39,363 nucleotides of DNA from a virus. Position numbers and translations under genes: made by a program. Where the stretch lies: the IMG/VR virus record IMGVR_UViG_3300035156_000166, positions 1-39,363 of that record. One strand, written 5' to 3'. Under the pieces are notes generated by a model, which worked only from the letters and a program-made list of their open reading frames with translations, was not told the DNA's origin and searched no databases. Position 1 is the first letter of the stretch. Each line of letters begins with the position of its first letter. Of this stretch, positions 21,551 to 30,037 are shown piece by piece.

Positions 21551-21787
21551 ATGAACGACATCACCACCACTCAGAGCTCAATCCTCATCGGCAACCTGAA
21601 CGTCGTGATCTCGGTCTGCGAGGGACCGAAGTTCTTCACTGTCGGTGCGATGGTCTGGCAGAAGGGCACCTTCGCATCTATCGCCAGCGTGACCCTCAAC
21701 TCGCGGGATGAGGGCACCGAGGACGTCTCAGCGCTGAAGCATAAGGCACTCTGGCACGCGATCTTCAGCGCCGGTCACCCCGCCTGA
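21551..21787 (+). CDS. Hypothetical protein (last rightward gene)
   Basis: ORF track, 78 aa. RBS aagggagac. Confidence 0.6.
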   Translation: MNDITTTQSSILIGNLNVVISVCEGPKFFTVGAMVWQKGTFASIASVTLNSRDEGTEDVSALKHKALWHAIFSAGHPA

Positions 21788-21800
21788 TCCGGACGTAAGA

Positions 21801-21831
21801 GAGCCCCGGTAGGGAGACGCTACCGGGGCTC
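21801..21831. terminator. Bidirectional terminator, 12-bp stem
   Basis: GAGCCCCGGTAG-ggagacg-CTACCGGGGCTC, between convergent genes. Confidence 0.7.
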
Positions 21832-21869
21832 AGCCTTGCCCGACCGAAGTCGGAGATCGGGATCACCGC

Positions 21870-22205
21870 CTAGCTCGGAGGAGTGTCTCGCTTCTGCACG
21901 TTGCTCGCTGCGATAGTGGCGAACGGGGTCGAGAGATAGGTCACGACTGCTGCCGCCACGGTGAGCCACACGGGGACGCTGCCCAGCGTAGCGAAGGCGA
22001 TCAGAGCGGAGCCAACCACGAGCCCGACTAGGCCATACGCCACGTAGAGCGTCTGCCGTACTCGAGCTGGCAGGCCGGTCAGAACACCCGGCACGGGCGC
22101 GTCGAAGTTGGTCAGCGGCACGCCGCGCCCCTCCCTGTCTTGCTGTTCGAGCGGTGCTTCGAGGCTCATCCGTGCGCTCCCATCGTTCGGCGTGACGTAG
22201 GTCAC
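21870..22205 (-). CDS. Two-TM membrane protein (holin-like, end of lysis cassette)
   Basis: ORF track, 111 aa. Two hydrophobic spans. Confidence 0.55.
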   Translation of the reverse strand: MTYVTPNDGSARMSLEAPLEQQDREGRGVPLTNFDAPVPGVLTGLPARVRQTLYVAYGLVGLVVGSALIAFATLGSVPVWLTVAAAVVTYLSTPFATIAASNVQKRDTPPS

Positions 22206-22208
22206 GAG

Positions 22209-23276
22209 TTACTGCCTGACCTTGAGCGCGGTCCGTGTCGCCACGATCCGCCGTTTCTTGCCGGGGCTTCCCTCTCTCGAGGTGGCCCAGACGTAACCAG
22301 CGTAAACCATCGCGCCCTCAGCCTCATCGCCGAAGTCGGTCGTCACAAACTCCCCGGCGAACGCGAACGACTTTTTGCCGGTCTTCGGGTCGGTCTTGAT
22401 CTCGTACCACTTGAGCGAGCTCTTGCCCTTCGTCGCGACGTCGCGGTGCACGAGCACGACGGTCCGCCCGTCCTCGAGCACGGCGATCCGGTGTCCCTGA
22501 AAGCGGTTGAACCAGTCGGGGATCTTGCCGGAGACGATGAGTCGAGGCTTCCCCGCATAGCACGAGGAGAGCGTGTAAACGCTGTAGGTCGTGCCGCGCC
22601 GGATGCAGAGGAGATCGTCGTCACTGTCGACCGTGATGTCGCCGTTCGGGATCCCGACCAGCCGCGTCCAGGTGTCGGGCTTGCCGAAGACGAAGTAGCC
22701 CGGTCCGAATTTCTTGTGACCGATGATGACCTTCGAGCCGTCCAGACCGAAGCTCGAGCCGTGGCCCGCGGCGAGGAGCTCACACGAGGAGAGGTATTTG
22801 CCGTCCTCGTTGTGCTCGTGGAAGACGACGCCCTCGCCCGTGTCGGCTCGCTTGCGCGCGTTCGCGCCGACGAAGCGCTTGAGGAACGTCGACCACTCGA
22901 TGCCCTGCACGTAGGAGTTGTAGCCCCACCCGCCGATCTGGAAAACGATCCGGGCTCCGGGCTTCGGCGGGACGATCGGCGGAACCCACGGGTCGCGCAC
23001 GACGCCTTCCTTCGCGGGGTCGCCGAGCCCGAGGAAGTCGAGCGTCATCTGACCGGGCATGCCGTCGGCTGCCGAGGATCCAGGCTGCGCCCCGAGCTTC
23101 TCGACCTGCAGCTTCGCGACCGCGCGCTTCGTGTCCGGTCCCCACCACCCATCCGCCCCCGCCGCGCCGACCGGGTAGCCGTGTTTGATGAGAGCCGTCT
23201 GCAGCTCCCCGACCAGCGACGTCTCCCCGTTGAGCCGGATCGCGGCCAGTAGCTCGCTCAGGACTAGCGTCGTCAT
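22209..23276 (-). CDS. Peptidoglycan-binding-domain protein with an uncharacterised C-terminal domain (possible second lysin)
   Basis: Track ORF trimmed to ATG 23276 (ATGA overlap with the endolysin stop). The N-terminus LQTALIKHGYPVGAAGADGWWGPDTKRAVAKLQ fits PG_binding_1. Confidence 0.6.
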   Translation of the reverse strand: MTTLVLSELLAAIRLNGETSLVGELQTALIKHGYPVGAAGADGWWGPDTKRAVAKLQVEKLGAQPGSSAADGMPGQMTLDFLGLGDPAKEGVVRDPWVPPIVPPKPGARIVFQIGGWGYNSYVQGIEWSTFLKRFVGANARKRADTGEGVVFHEHNEDGKYLSSCELLAAGHGSSFGLDGSKVIIGHKKFGPGYFVFGKPDTWTRLVGIPNGDITVDSDDDLLCIRRGTTYSVYTLSSCYAGKPRLIVSGKIPDWFNRFQGHRIAVLEDGRTVVLVHRDVATKGKSSLKWYEIKTDPKTGKKSFAFAGEFVTTDFGDEAEGAMVYAGYVWATSREGSPGKKRRIVATRTALKVRQ

Positions 23277-24436
23277 GGTGAGACCTTTCCTCGTGCCCAC
23301 TTGCGGAGCTCTGCGGCACTGTCGAAGTAGCCGTAGTTGCGGTCGAGCGTGTTGCCCGTGGTGGAGTACTGCCAGAACTTGTACGGGGCCCGGATGGTCG
23401 GCTTCTCCCCACCGTAGCGGGCGATCCAGAGGAAGTCCCCGCGGAAGTCCGTCTTGTCGATGTTCAGCCAATGGTTCTGGTTGCAGTAGAGCCCGACCTT
23501 GCACTGAGGCCGGAGAGCCTGAGCCAGCTTGATCGCGGTATCCTTCTCCGCGTTCGTCACGCCGTCGGCTTCCCAGTCGATCACGAGGAGATCCCCGTTC
23601 TGGATCGCCGGACGATCACAGAACTTCTCGACCTGATCGGAGATCTTGCCGTGCAAGAGGTAGAGGTAGTGGCCGACCACGAGCCCCGCGGCGCGCGCCT
23701 TATCGACGTGCACGCCGTGGAGCGGGTCGACCGTCATCCCCCGAGCTGCCCGGACGAAGACGAAGGAGTCGCCCTTCGCGGGCTTCCAATCCGGCTGATA
23801 CTTCGAGACGTCGCTGCCGTCGAGAGGCTTCCTGGCCGGAGGCTTCGGAGGCGGAGGCTTCGGCGGAGCGATGACGTCGGGATCCTTCCACCCGAGCGCT
23901 CCCGCGGGCAGTCCGCACAGCACCTCCGCGAGCCCCGTCATCCGGTTCTTGTCCAGCACGTAGCGCCGGAGAACCGAAATGTGAATGTGCCAGAGGTGGG
24001 AGGCGTCGGAGTAGCCGCTCTTGTGCAGACCGACCTTCGACCTCGAGCCGCTCGTGCCGGTGCGCTTGCGGTTGTAGCCGCACACGTTGCGCCCGTCGAC
24101 CGTGCCGATGATCTCCCGGATCGGGAACATGCGAGGATCGTTCGACCGGCAGGCTTCGATCAGCCGGTTCGTCGCCGTCTTCATTTCGGACGGGTTGAGC
24201 TTGATGTCGATCGCTGAGGCGTACCGCCCATCTCCGCCCTCGAGGTCTTCGTCGAGCCGCATGGAGTAGTGCGACCCGTGCCCCTTCTCCCGCATGAGGT
24301 CGCGGGAGACGTGGTAGGAGCCCTTCCGCACGTGCGCCGCGTTGCCGACCACGCCCGAGATCTCCCGACTCTTGAGGTAGGGCTTGATCTGCGTGTAAAC
24401 AGCGTAGAGCGGCGAGGGATTGAGGTTCTGGGCCAT
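23273..24436 (-). CDS. Endolysin: LAS-type metallopeptidase-like N-terminal domain plus GH25 muramidase C-terminal domain
   Basis: SYHVSRD ... AIDI ... WHIH (H-x3-D, HxH). Pro/Lys linker. GH25-like DGSDVSKYQPDW...FVFVRAARG...VIDWE. Confidence 0.8.
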   Translation of the reverse strand: MAQNLNPSPLYAVYTQIKPYLKSREISGVVGNAAHVRKGSYHVSRDLMREKGHGSHYSMRLDEDLEGGDGRYASAIDIKLNPSEMKTATNRLIEACRSNDPRMFPIREIIGTVDGRNVCGYNRKRTGTSGSRSKVGLHKSGYSDASHLWHIHISVLRRYVLDKNRMTGLAEVLCGLPAGALGWKDPDVIAPPKPPPPKPPARKPLDGSDVSKYQPDWKPAKGDSFVFVRAARGMTVDPLHGVHVDKARAAGLVVGHYLYLLHGKISDQVEKFCDRPAIQNGDLLVIDWEADGVTNAEKDTAIKLAQALRPQCKVGLYCNQNHWLNIDKTDFRGDFLWIARYGGEKPTIRAPYKFWQYSTTGNTLDRNYGYFDSAAELRKWARGKVSP

Positions 24437-24472
24437 GCTAGGTCTCCGTCCGATAAGGTTCTGTAGCAGAGT

Positions 24473-24838
24473 CTACTCCGTGAACGTGCGGGTATCCCGG
24501 CGAAGACCGGCCTCGTCGTCGCTTCGGTTCTGCGAGCTGACCAGCGTCACGAAGAGCCGCCAGCTCGAGAGGAAGAAAAATCCGTAGACACAGATCCGGA
24601 CGTACTCATAGCCGAACCATCCGGCACCGAGCCACAGAGTGATCGCGACGTGGACCGCGATCAGGCTCATGGAGAGCCCGAGATAGAAGATTGCCCGACC
24701 CTCGCGTGTCATGCTCCACTTCGAGCGGGCACCGTAGAGCACGGTGAAGAGCACCATCGCGGGCAAACCCGCATAGAGCAACCAGTCTCCTATGATGAGG
24801 AGAATTTCAACATATCTGGGGACGTCGGGGTGACGCAT
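24473..24838 (-). CDS. Four-TM membrane protein, holin candidate
   Basis: 121 aa, hydrophobic. Directly upstream of the endolysin. Locally lower GC. Confidence 0.55.
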   Translation of the reverse strand: MRHPDVPRYVEILLIIGDWLLYAGLPAMVLFTVLYGARSKWSMTREGRAIFYLGLSMSLIAVHVAITLWLGAGWFGYEYVRICVYGFFFLSSWRLFVTLVSSQNRSDDEAGLRRDTRTFTE

Positions 24839-24841
24839 TAT

Positions 24842-25090
24842 CTAAGCCCTTCTCAGACCGAAGCTATCCTTTATCGCCTCGCCGAAGTGATTCTGTGCGA
24901 GGAGATTCCGATGAGAGGCTGCCACCTTTTCGACCTCGAGCCCCATAGCGTCGATTTTACGTGTCCGCTGCTCGGTAATCCTGAGATTACGTTGAGCGGT
25001 CAAGTAGGCTTGATAAGCTTCGTCACGAGCGGCTTGGTCGACCGGCGTCGCCACCTCTCGCTCGTTGCGTCCCCGATTCCACCAGCACAT
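24842..25090 (-). CDS. Hypothetical coiled-coil protein (82 aa)
   Basis: Track ORF trimmed to ATG 25090 (TAATG overlap). Confidence 0.45.
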   Translation of the reverse strand: MCWWNRGRNEREVATPVDQAARDEAYQAYLTAQRNLRITEQRTRKIDAMGLEVEKVAASHRNLLAQNHFGEAIKDSFGLRRA

Positions 25091-25440
25091 TAGCGAACCC
25101 TTCGCTGTTCTTCGGCGATGCTTTGAATCTCTCGGAGAAGATGCTCCGCTGTCTTCCCCTGGTCGAGAAGTATGCCGACCTGACCGATCAACTTCTCTAT
25201 CTGTCCAGCCTGCAGAGACCGCGACGCCTCCGCTGCTAGGTACGAATCCCTCCACGTGGTGACCTGCTCATTCTTGTCTTTGAGTTGAGCGTCCCTGTCG
25301 GCCCGTAGATCTGTGAGCTGGGTTCGAGAGACGATACTGCCGCCAAGCATTGAGCGTGTTGCCCAAGCGACCAGACCCACGAGCACCGCGAACGGTGCGT
25401 AGGGTGCTGCGCTAGTCCAGAATTCCATCGTGAGGCTCAC
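25090..25440 (-). CDS. N-terminal TM plus coiled-coil protein (lysis-associated?)
   Basis: ORF track, 116 aa. RBS gggaggg. Confidence 0.5.
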   Translation of the reverse strand: MSLTMEFWTSAAPYAPFAVLVGLVAWATRSMLGGSIVSRTQLTDLRADRDAQLKDKNEQVTTWRDSYLAAEASRSLQAGQIEKLIGQVGILLDQGKTAEHLLREIQSIAEEQRRVR

Positions 25441-25478
25441 ACCCTCCCGGTCGCTGCCCCGGTCGGGACCTTCCCTCG

Positions 25479-25498
25479 AGTCTAGCGCCGTTTACACG
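25479..25498 (-). promoter_or_regulatory. Candidate late-promoter-like element CGTGTAAACG-N4-TAGACT
   Basis: Minus strand reads tcCGTGTAAACGgcgcTAGACTcgagggaagg. The motif overlaps the stop of the upstream tail gene. Confidence 0.4.
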
Positions 25499-26472
25499 GA
25501 CAAGCGATGCAGGACGCTCTTCACCTTCACAGTCGAGTGAGGCGTCAGCACCCGGTATTGCCCCGCCGCCGCGCCCGCCTGCTGCACAATCTTGAGCTCA
25601 AGCGTCGGACCGGACGTCTCGCCGAGGATCGTCCAGGTCTTGTCGAGCGCGATCCGGGAGTTCTGCCGCCCCTCATTCCACACGATCTGCTCCGTCTCCG
25701 CGGTGCCGTTCGTCCAGAGCTGCACGATGAAAGCGGTCGACGCGCCGTGCACGCCCGCCACGTTCACCGAGACGTCCAGGTGCACGTTGACCTCGAGGAT
25801 CGCCCGCCCTCCGAACTGGTCGAGCTGTTGGTCCCACTCCGAGATCCCGTAGCGCCCGCCGTAGCCGATCGGGAAGCTGCCCGTCCAGAGGTTCGCCGCC
25901 GTCGTGGTCGCGATCTGCGTCGTGGGGTTGCGCCAGTACTCGAGGTCGCCGAGCTGTTGCAGGTAGCTCATGTAGTCGTTGAGCGAGTAGTCGATATCGT
26001 TCGCGGTGTCCCTGAGCATGAAATCCGCGCGCCTGTTCTCTTCGACGATATCCAGAATCTCGGTCGCCTGCCCGGTGAAGCCGTAGCGGACGGTCTGCTC
26101 CTCACCGGTCTGCAGACCCTCGTCGAAGCGGTGCTCGAGCCCCTTCGGGATGACCATCGGCACGGGGTCGCCCTCTCCCCCGGTGTCGACCAGCGCGACC
26201 TTCATCGGGCTCGGAGGCTCCACCTGCACGAGCGCGCCCTCCGGGACGTTGACCCCGAGCACGCCGGAGAGCTGGATCGTGTTCGTTTCGACGTCGACGG
26301 AGGCGTAGGTGTAGGGCTCGCCGTCGATCGAGATCGTGCCACCCTTGTCGTCGAAGGTCCCCGCATCGGCCACCGAAACGGAGAGGTCCCCCGCGGCCGC
26401 GGGTGCCGTGGTCGGCTCCGAGAGGTTGCGCGTGTCCACGCTCAGCACTTGCCCATAGAGTTCATCGCTCAT
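25492..26472 (-). CDS. Minor tail protein
   Basis: 326 aa, in the tail module downstream of the tape measure. Confidence 0.6.
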   Translation of the reverse strand: MSDELYGQVLSVDTRNLSEPTTAPAAAGDLSVSVADAGTFDDKGGTISIDGEPYTYASVDVETNTIQLSGVLGVNVPEGALVQVEPPSPMKVALVDTGGEGDPVPMVIPKGLEHRFDEGLQTGEEQTVRYGFTGQATEILDIVEENRRADFMLRDTANDIDYSLNDYMSYLQQLGDLEYWRNPTTQIATTTAANLWTGSFPIGYGGRYGISEWDQQLDQFGGRAILEVNVHLDVSVNVAGVHGASTAFIVQLWTNGTAETEQIVWNEGRQNSRIALDKTWTILGETSGPTLELKIVQQAGAAAGQYRVLTPHSTVKVKSVLHRLSV

Positions 26473-26481
26473 CTTCGTCTC

Positions 26482-27681
26482 CTAGCGTGCGCGGATCCGC
26501 GCCTTATTAGCGCTCCGTCTTGCGTTGTAGCCTACCGTCATAGGCCCGCCCTTTAGCGGGATCGTCATTTTCTTGAGCCGACCGTTGAACCCGAGCGTCG
26601 GAGTGTTGACCGTGTAAACGTCCTCCGGCTCGAGGTGAGGGATGACCATAGCGTCGAAAGTCACTTCGACGCTTTCACGGAGGATCGTCTCGAGGTGCGC
26701 TCTCGCGAGGGAGGTAGCCTGCGCGGTTGTCTTCAGATGATCGTCGGCGAGCTCCGCCAGGATCACCCGCGGCTTGCCGTTGCGCCCGAGAGCGGCAGAC
26801 GAGAGAGGATGCGTCCGCGGAGCTGAAGCTGTCCCCACAACCGGACGCTTCGCCTTCGCCGGTGTCGCGCCGACCACGCGCACCGTGTTCGCGACGGTCG
26901 ACATATCGTACGAGACCTGAGGCTCGGAAATGATCGTGCCACCCGTGCCCGTCCGGAAGGCGAAGACCGACGCGCTCGGAGTCTTGCGGAGCACGCACAC
27001 GCCGCGCCCGTCGTAGAAGAGGTGGTTCACCGCGCGGCTGCCGACCACGCGCTTCGCGACCGCCCAGAGGTTGCTATTGAAAACGGTCGTCACCGGGGCT
27101 GCGGTTGTCTCCGCCCAGTCCGGGATTGAGAACTTCGTTTCGCCGCCCAGCTCGGAGAGAAGGAGCCGGACCAGTGTCGTTTTCTTCATCCCCTTGCCGT
27201 AGGTCTTCGCGAACCACGCGACCGTAGGCGGAGAGATCAGGTGCTCCATCCCTGACGCCTCGAGGTTGATGATGTCCGCGGTCCGGCTGACCTTCGTTAC
27301 GGGCCCGGTGAAGATCGGCACCGACCAGCTCTTGACGGAAGGGTAGGGAGCCCGGACGACGTAGATGATCTGCACGAGCCGGTCGACGAAGAGAGCGGCA
27401 TCGTTCGGGCTCGAGGTGTCCCAGAGGAGAGACCGACCGGGATCCCGGAGCGAGAGCGTGCACGTCCGGGTGATGTCGGCGTCCGCGTCGATGTTGACCT
27501 GCCCGTCGAAGAGCTGCCCGGTCACGTCGGCGAGGTAGGCCCGATTGAGGCTCAGCACGCGGACCACGACGTCGGTCGAGTGCGACCCGGCGAGCACCTC
27601 GTGAAACTCGCGCTGCTCCGCCGCGTTGAGGCCTAGGGAGATCAAGACTTCCGCCCCCGTTCGAGCGCGCACGTCTTGCAC
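26482..27681 (-). CDS. Minor tail protein (tail tip/hub-like); start uncertain
   Basis: 399 aa, by position in the tail module. Overlaps the HNH gene end by 40 nt. Confidence 0.6.
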   Translation of the reverse strand: MQDVRARTGAEVLISLGLNAAEQREFHEVLAGSHSTDVVVRVLSLNRAYLADVTGQLFDGQVNIDADADITRTCTLSLRDPGRSLLWDTSSPNDAALFVDRLVQIIYVVRAPYPSVKSWSVPIFTGPVTKVSRTADIINLEASGMEHLISPPTVAWFAKTYGKGMKKTTLVRLLLSELGGETKFSIPDWAETTAAPVTTVFNSNLWAVAKRVVGSRAVNHLFYDGRGVCVLRKTPSASVFAFRTGTGGTIISEPQVSYDMSTVANTVRVVGATPAKAKRPVVGTASAPRTHPLSSAALGRNGKPRVILAELADDHLKTTAQATSLARAHLETILRESVEVTFDAMVIPHLEPEDVYTVNTPTLGFNGRLKKMTIPLKGGPMTVGYNARRSANKARIRAR

Positions 27682-28226
27682 GTCCGGCCGCCATTCTTGC
27701 CGAGGTAGACGTTATCGGTGGTCAACTCGTGGCCTCTCTTACAGTGAGTCTTCGTGCGTCGGACCGTGGCAGGGTCGACCGGGCCGCGCGCTCGCTGCGC
27801 CGCTGCACGAGCCTGCGCGCATATCTTGCACAGTCGATTCTTGCCGCCTGCCGGAGTTTCGTATGAGTAGGAGTTGCCCTCGTACGGGTGACCCTTCGGG
27901 CAGTGCGTCTTCCGTTGCTGAGCGAGCCTGCCACGGCTGACGGCATCCTGAGAGTTATCCTTCGCGCTGCCGATGAGAAGGTGCACGGGATTGATGCATG
28001 GCGGGTTGTCGCACGTATGCCGGACCTGCTCGCCCGGTAACGGCAGGCGTCCGTTCGCGTCGATCCATGCGAGCACGTGAGCACGCCGGATGAGTTTGCC
28101 GAACCTGCGCGCGTAGCAGATTCCATAGCCTTTAGCATCGGTCGCGCCGCCCCACTCGATACACTCCATGCCTTCGAGTTTATCATGATTACTTAATTCC
28201 GACCTGATAGAACTCGAAGCTGACAT
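27642..28226 (-). CDS. HNH homing-type endonuclease with two C-terminal zinc ribbons (start may be ATG 28169)
   Basis: HTCDNPPCINPVHLLIGSAKDN. Repeated THCxxGH...CKxC. AT-richer 5' end. Confidence 0.8.
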   Translation of the reverse strand: MSASSSIRSELSNHDKLEGMECIEWGGATDAKGYGICYARRFGKLIRRAHVLAWIDANGRLPLPGEQVRHTCDNPPCINPVHLLIGSAKDNSQDAVSRGRLAQQRKTHCPKGHPYEGNSYSYETPAGGKNRLCKICAQARAAAQRARGPVDPATVRRTKTHCKRGHELTTDNVYLGKNGGRTCKTCALERGRKS

Positions 28227-30033
28227 CGTAGACCGGTGTCGGCAGGGGACGGGGAGCGCACTTCAGGTTGCGGATCACAACCGGGATCGTCGCATCGGAG
28301 AGCGTCAGCCAACACTGCTGACCGGGCTTGGCCCGGATCGCCAGGATCGCCGCCTGCTGCTGCTGCGCGGTAGTGGCTAACCCGATGGGTGCCGTCGCCT
28401 GCAGCGTGCCCTGCACAGTGCCCTCGAGCCCGCGGAGCGAATGCGTGACGACGGTCGACTCCGAGGAGTTGAGAGCGGTCAGCACCTCAGAGTCTTCGCC
28501 GTAGATCCAGTCCCTCGTCTCGCGCCCGAAGAGCACCACCTCATTCTGCCGGAGGTAGTCGCTGAGCCATATCCCCTGAGACCGGACCGTGACCGTCCCG
28601 GTCGAGTTGCCCGAGCTCGCCTTACCGTTCACCACCGCGAGCACCTGGTAGGTCAGGCTGTTGCCCGGAGGCGCGGAGCGGTCGACGTAGGAGAACTGCG
28701 TGCCGCTGCCGACGTCCCCCGGCAGGATCCCCGAGACGATCACGACGTTATTGCGCATGATCGAGAAGGAGTCGGGGAACGTCGCCCGCGACCACGCGAG
28801 CGTCACCTGAGGCCGTGGGTCACCCGGTGTCAGTACGAGGTTCGTGGTCGGCGTCGTGAGGTTGGAGAGGACGAAGGAGAAATCCCTCGAGGCATCGGAC
28901 CACGCCGGATCGTTCGGGATCGTCTCGCGGTTCTTGCTGTCCCAGACGATCACGCGCACGTTGTAGATCGTCCCCGCCGCGGACGGCAGAGCTGCAGCGG
29001 GCAGGGTGAGCGACGTCGCGGTGCCGGTGACCTTGCCGGATGACCAGATGATCGCGCCGGTCACCGGGTCGGAAATGTTGACCTGATACGCCTTCTGCGT
29101 CTCGCCGGTGAAGCTCCAGACGATCGGCGGGGTCTGCTCGTTGACGAAGTTGTTCGGCGCGACTCCGGGGCTCGTGATCGCTACGGTCCCCTTGATATCG
29201 CGTGTAAACGACTCAGCTTGTGACCACGCCGAAACGAGACCGTTCGTGTCGGTGCACCGCATCCGCCACCACCGCGTCTCGCCGTCGGCGAGCCCGACAA
29301 AGGTCCCCTGCGTCGAGAGGTCGAGCTCCGGAGCCGAAGCGGTAACCGCGCCGGAGTCCCACGCCGGAGACGTCCAGAGGTTTGAGGAGTTCGTCTGCAC
29401 CTGCACCGCGGCCAGAGCGTTATCGTTCCCGACGTCGGTGTAGGTCGCCGCGACTGTAGGTGCCGCCAGGCTGACCACACGCCCGCCTCCGGGACGAAGA
29501 GCGGTCGGGGCTGACGGGGGTACGGACCATGCCAGCTCGAGCCTAGGACGGAGCGTAGGGTCCGTGGCAGTGGAGTCGTAGAACCATAGGAGCGGGTTGA
29601 AGTTGCCGGTGAGCTGCCAGCCGTACCAGACGTCCCCGTTCGCCACGCTCTGAACTTGGCTCGTGACGTCGACCAGCCACTCCGCGCCCTGCGCGATCGG
29701 CCCGGTCCGGCTGACCGTCTTCGCCGCGTCCGGGTAGAGCGTGGTCGGGCGCGTGTTCCACGTGACCTTGCTCGAGGACATCGCCTGCGCGAGCCGCTTC
29801 AGGGAGAGCGTCATCGTGCCCGCCTGCGCCGACGTCCGGCTGTAGAGGTAGAGCTTCGCGGAGCTGACCACGGCTCCCTTCGGGATCGCGGAGAGGCCGA
29901 AGTAGAGCAAGCCCCACGCATCACCCGCGCCCCCGGTCCGGACGCCGAACTGCGTCAGGTACTCGAAGTTCTTCGAGGGATCGGCGAGCGAGACCGTAGT
30001 CGCGAGCGCGGTGCGTAGCGTGGTGGCTGCCAT
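28189..30033 (-). CDS. Minor tail protein: N-terminal carbohydrate-binding-like (DNRLRE-like) domain, FN3-like repeats, distal-tail-like C-terminus
   Basis: 614 aa, immediately after the tape measure. Contains LLYFGLSAIPKGAVVSSAKLYLY...KVTWNTRP. Confidence 0.6.
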   Translation of the reverse strand: MAATTLRTALATTVSLADPSKNFEYLTQFGVRTGGAGDAWGLLYFGLSAIPKGAVVSSAKLYLYSRTSAQAGTMTLSLKRLAQAMSSSKVTWNTRPTTLYPDAAKTVSRTGPIAQGAEWLVDVTSQVQSVANGDVWYGWQLTGNFNPLLWFYDSTATDPTLRPRLELAWSVPPSAPTALRPGGGRVVSLAAPTVAATYTDVGNDNALAAVQVQTNSSNLWTSPAWDSGAVTASAPELDLSTQGTFVGLADGETRWWRMRCTDTNGLVSAWSQAESFTRDIKGTVAITSPGVAPNNFVNEQTPPIVWSFTGETQKAYQVNISDPVTGAIIWSSGKVTGTATSLTLPAAALPSAAGTIYNVRVIVWDSKNRETIPNDPAWSDASRDFSFVLSNLTTPTTNLVLTPGDPRPQVTLAWSRATFPDSFSIMRNNVVIVSGILPGDVGSGTQFSYVDRSAPPGNSLTYQVLAVVNGKASSGNSTGTVTVRSQGIWLSDYLRQNEVVLFGRETRDWIYGEDSEVLTALNSSESTVVTHSLRGLEGTVQGTLQATAPIGLATTAQQQQAAILAIRAKPGQQCWLTLSDATIPVVIRNLKCAPRPLPTPVYDVSFEFYQVGIK

Positions 30034-30037
30034 GTGG

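Noticed and set aside
22209-23504. Long N-terminal extensions of track ORFs (22209..23504, 5507..7024, 36630..37196, 24842..25255, 18437..18703, 17724..18443, 14820..15935, 18474..19322)
   Set aside because: The extensions overlap upstream genes heavily and have junk-like composition. Internal ATG/GTG starts with ATGA/GTGA coupling, an RBS or an adjacent promoter give compact operon structure.
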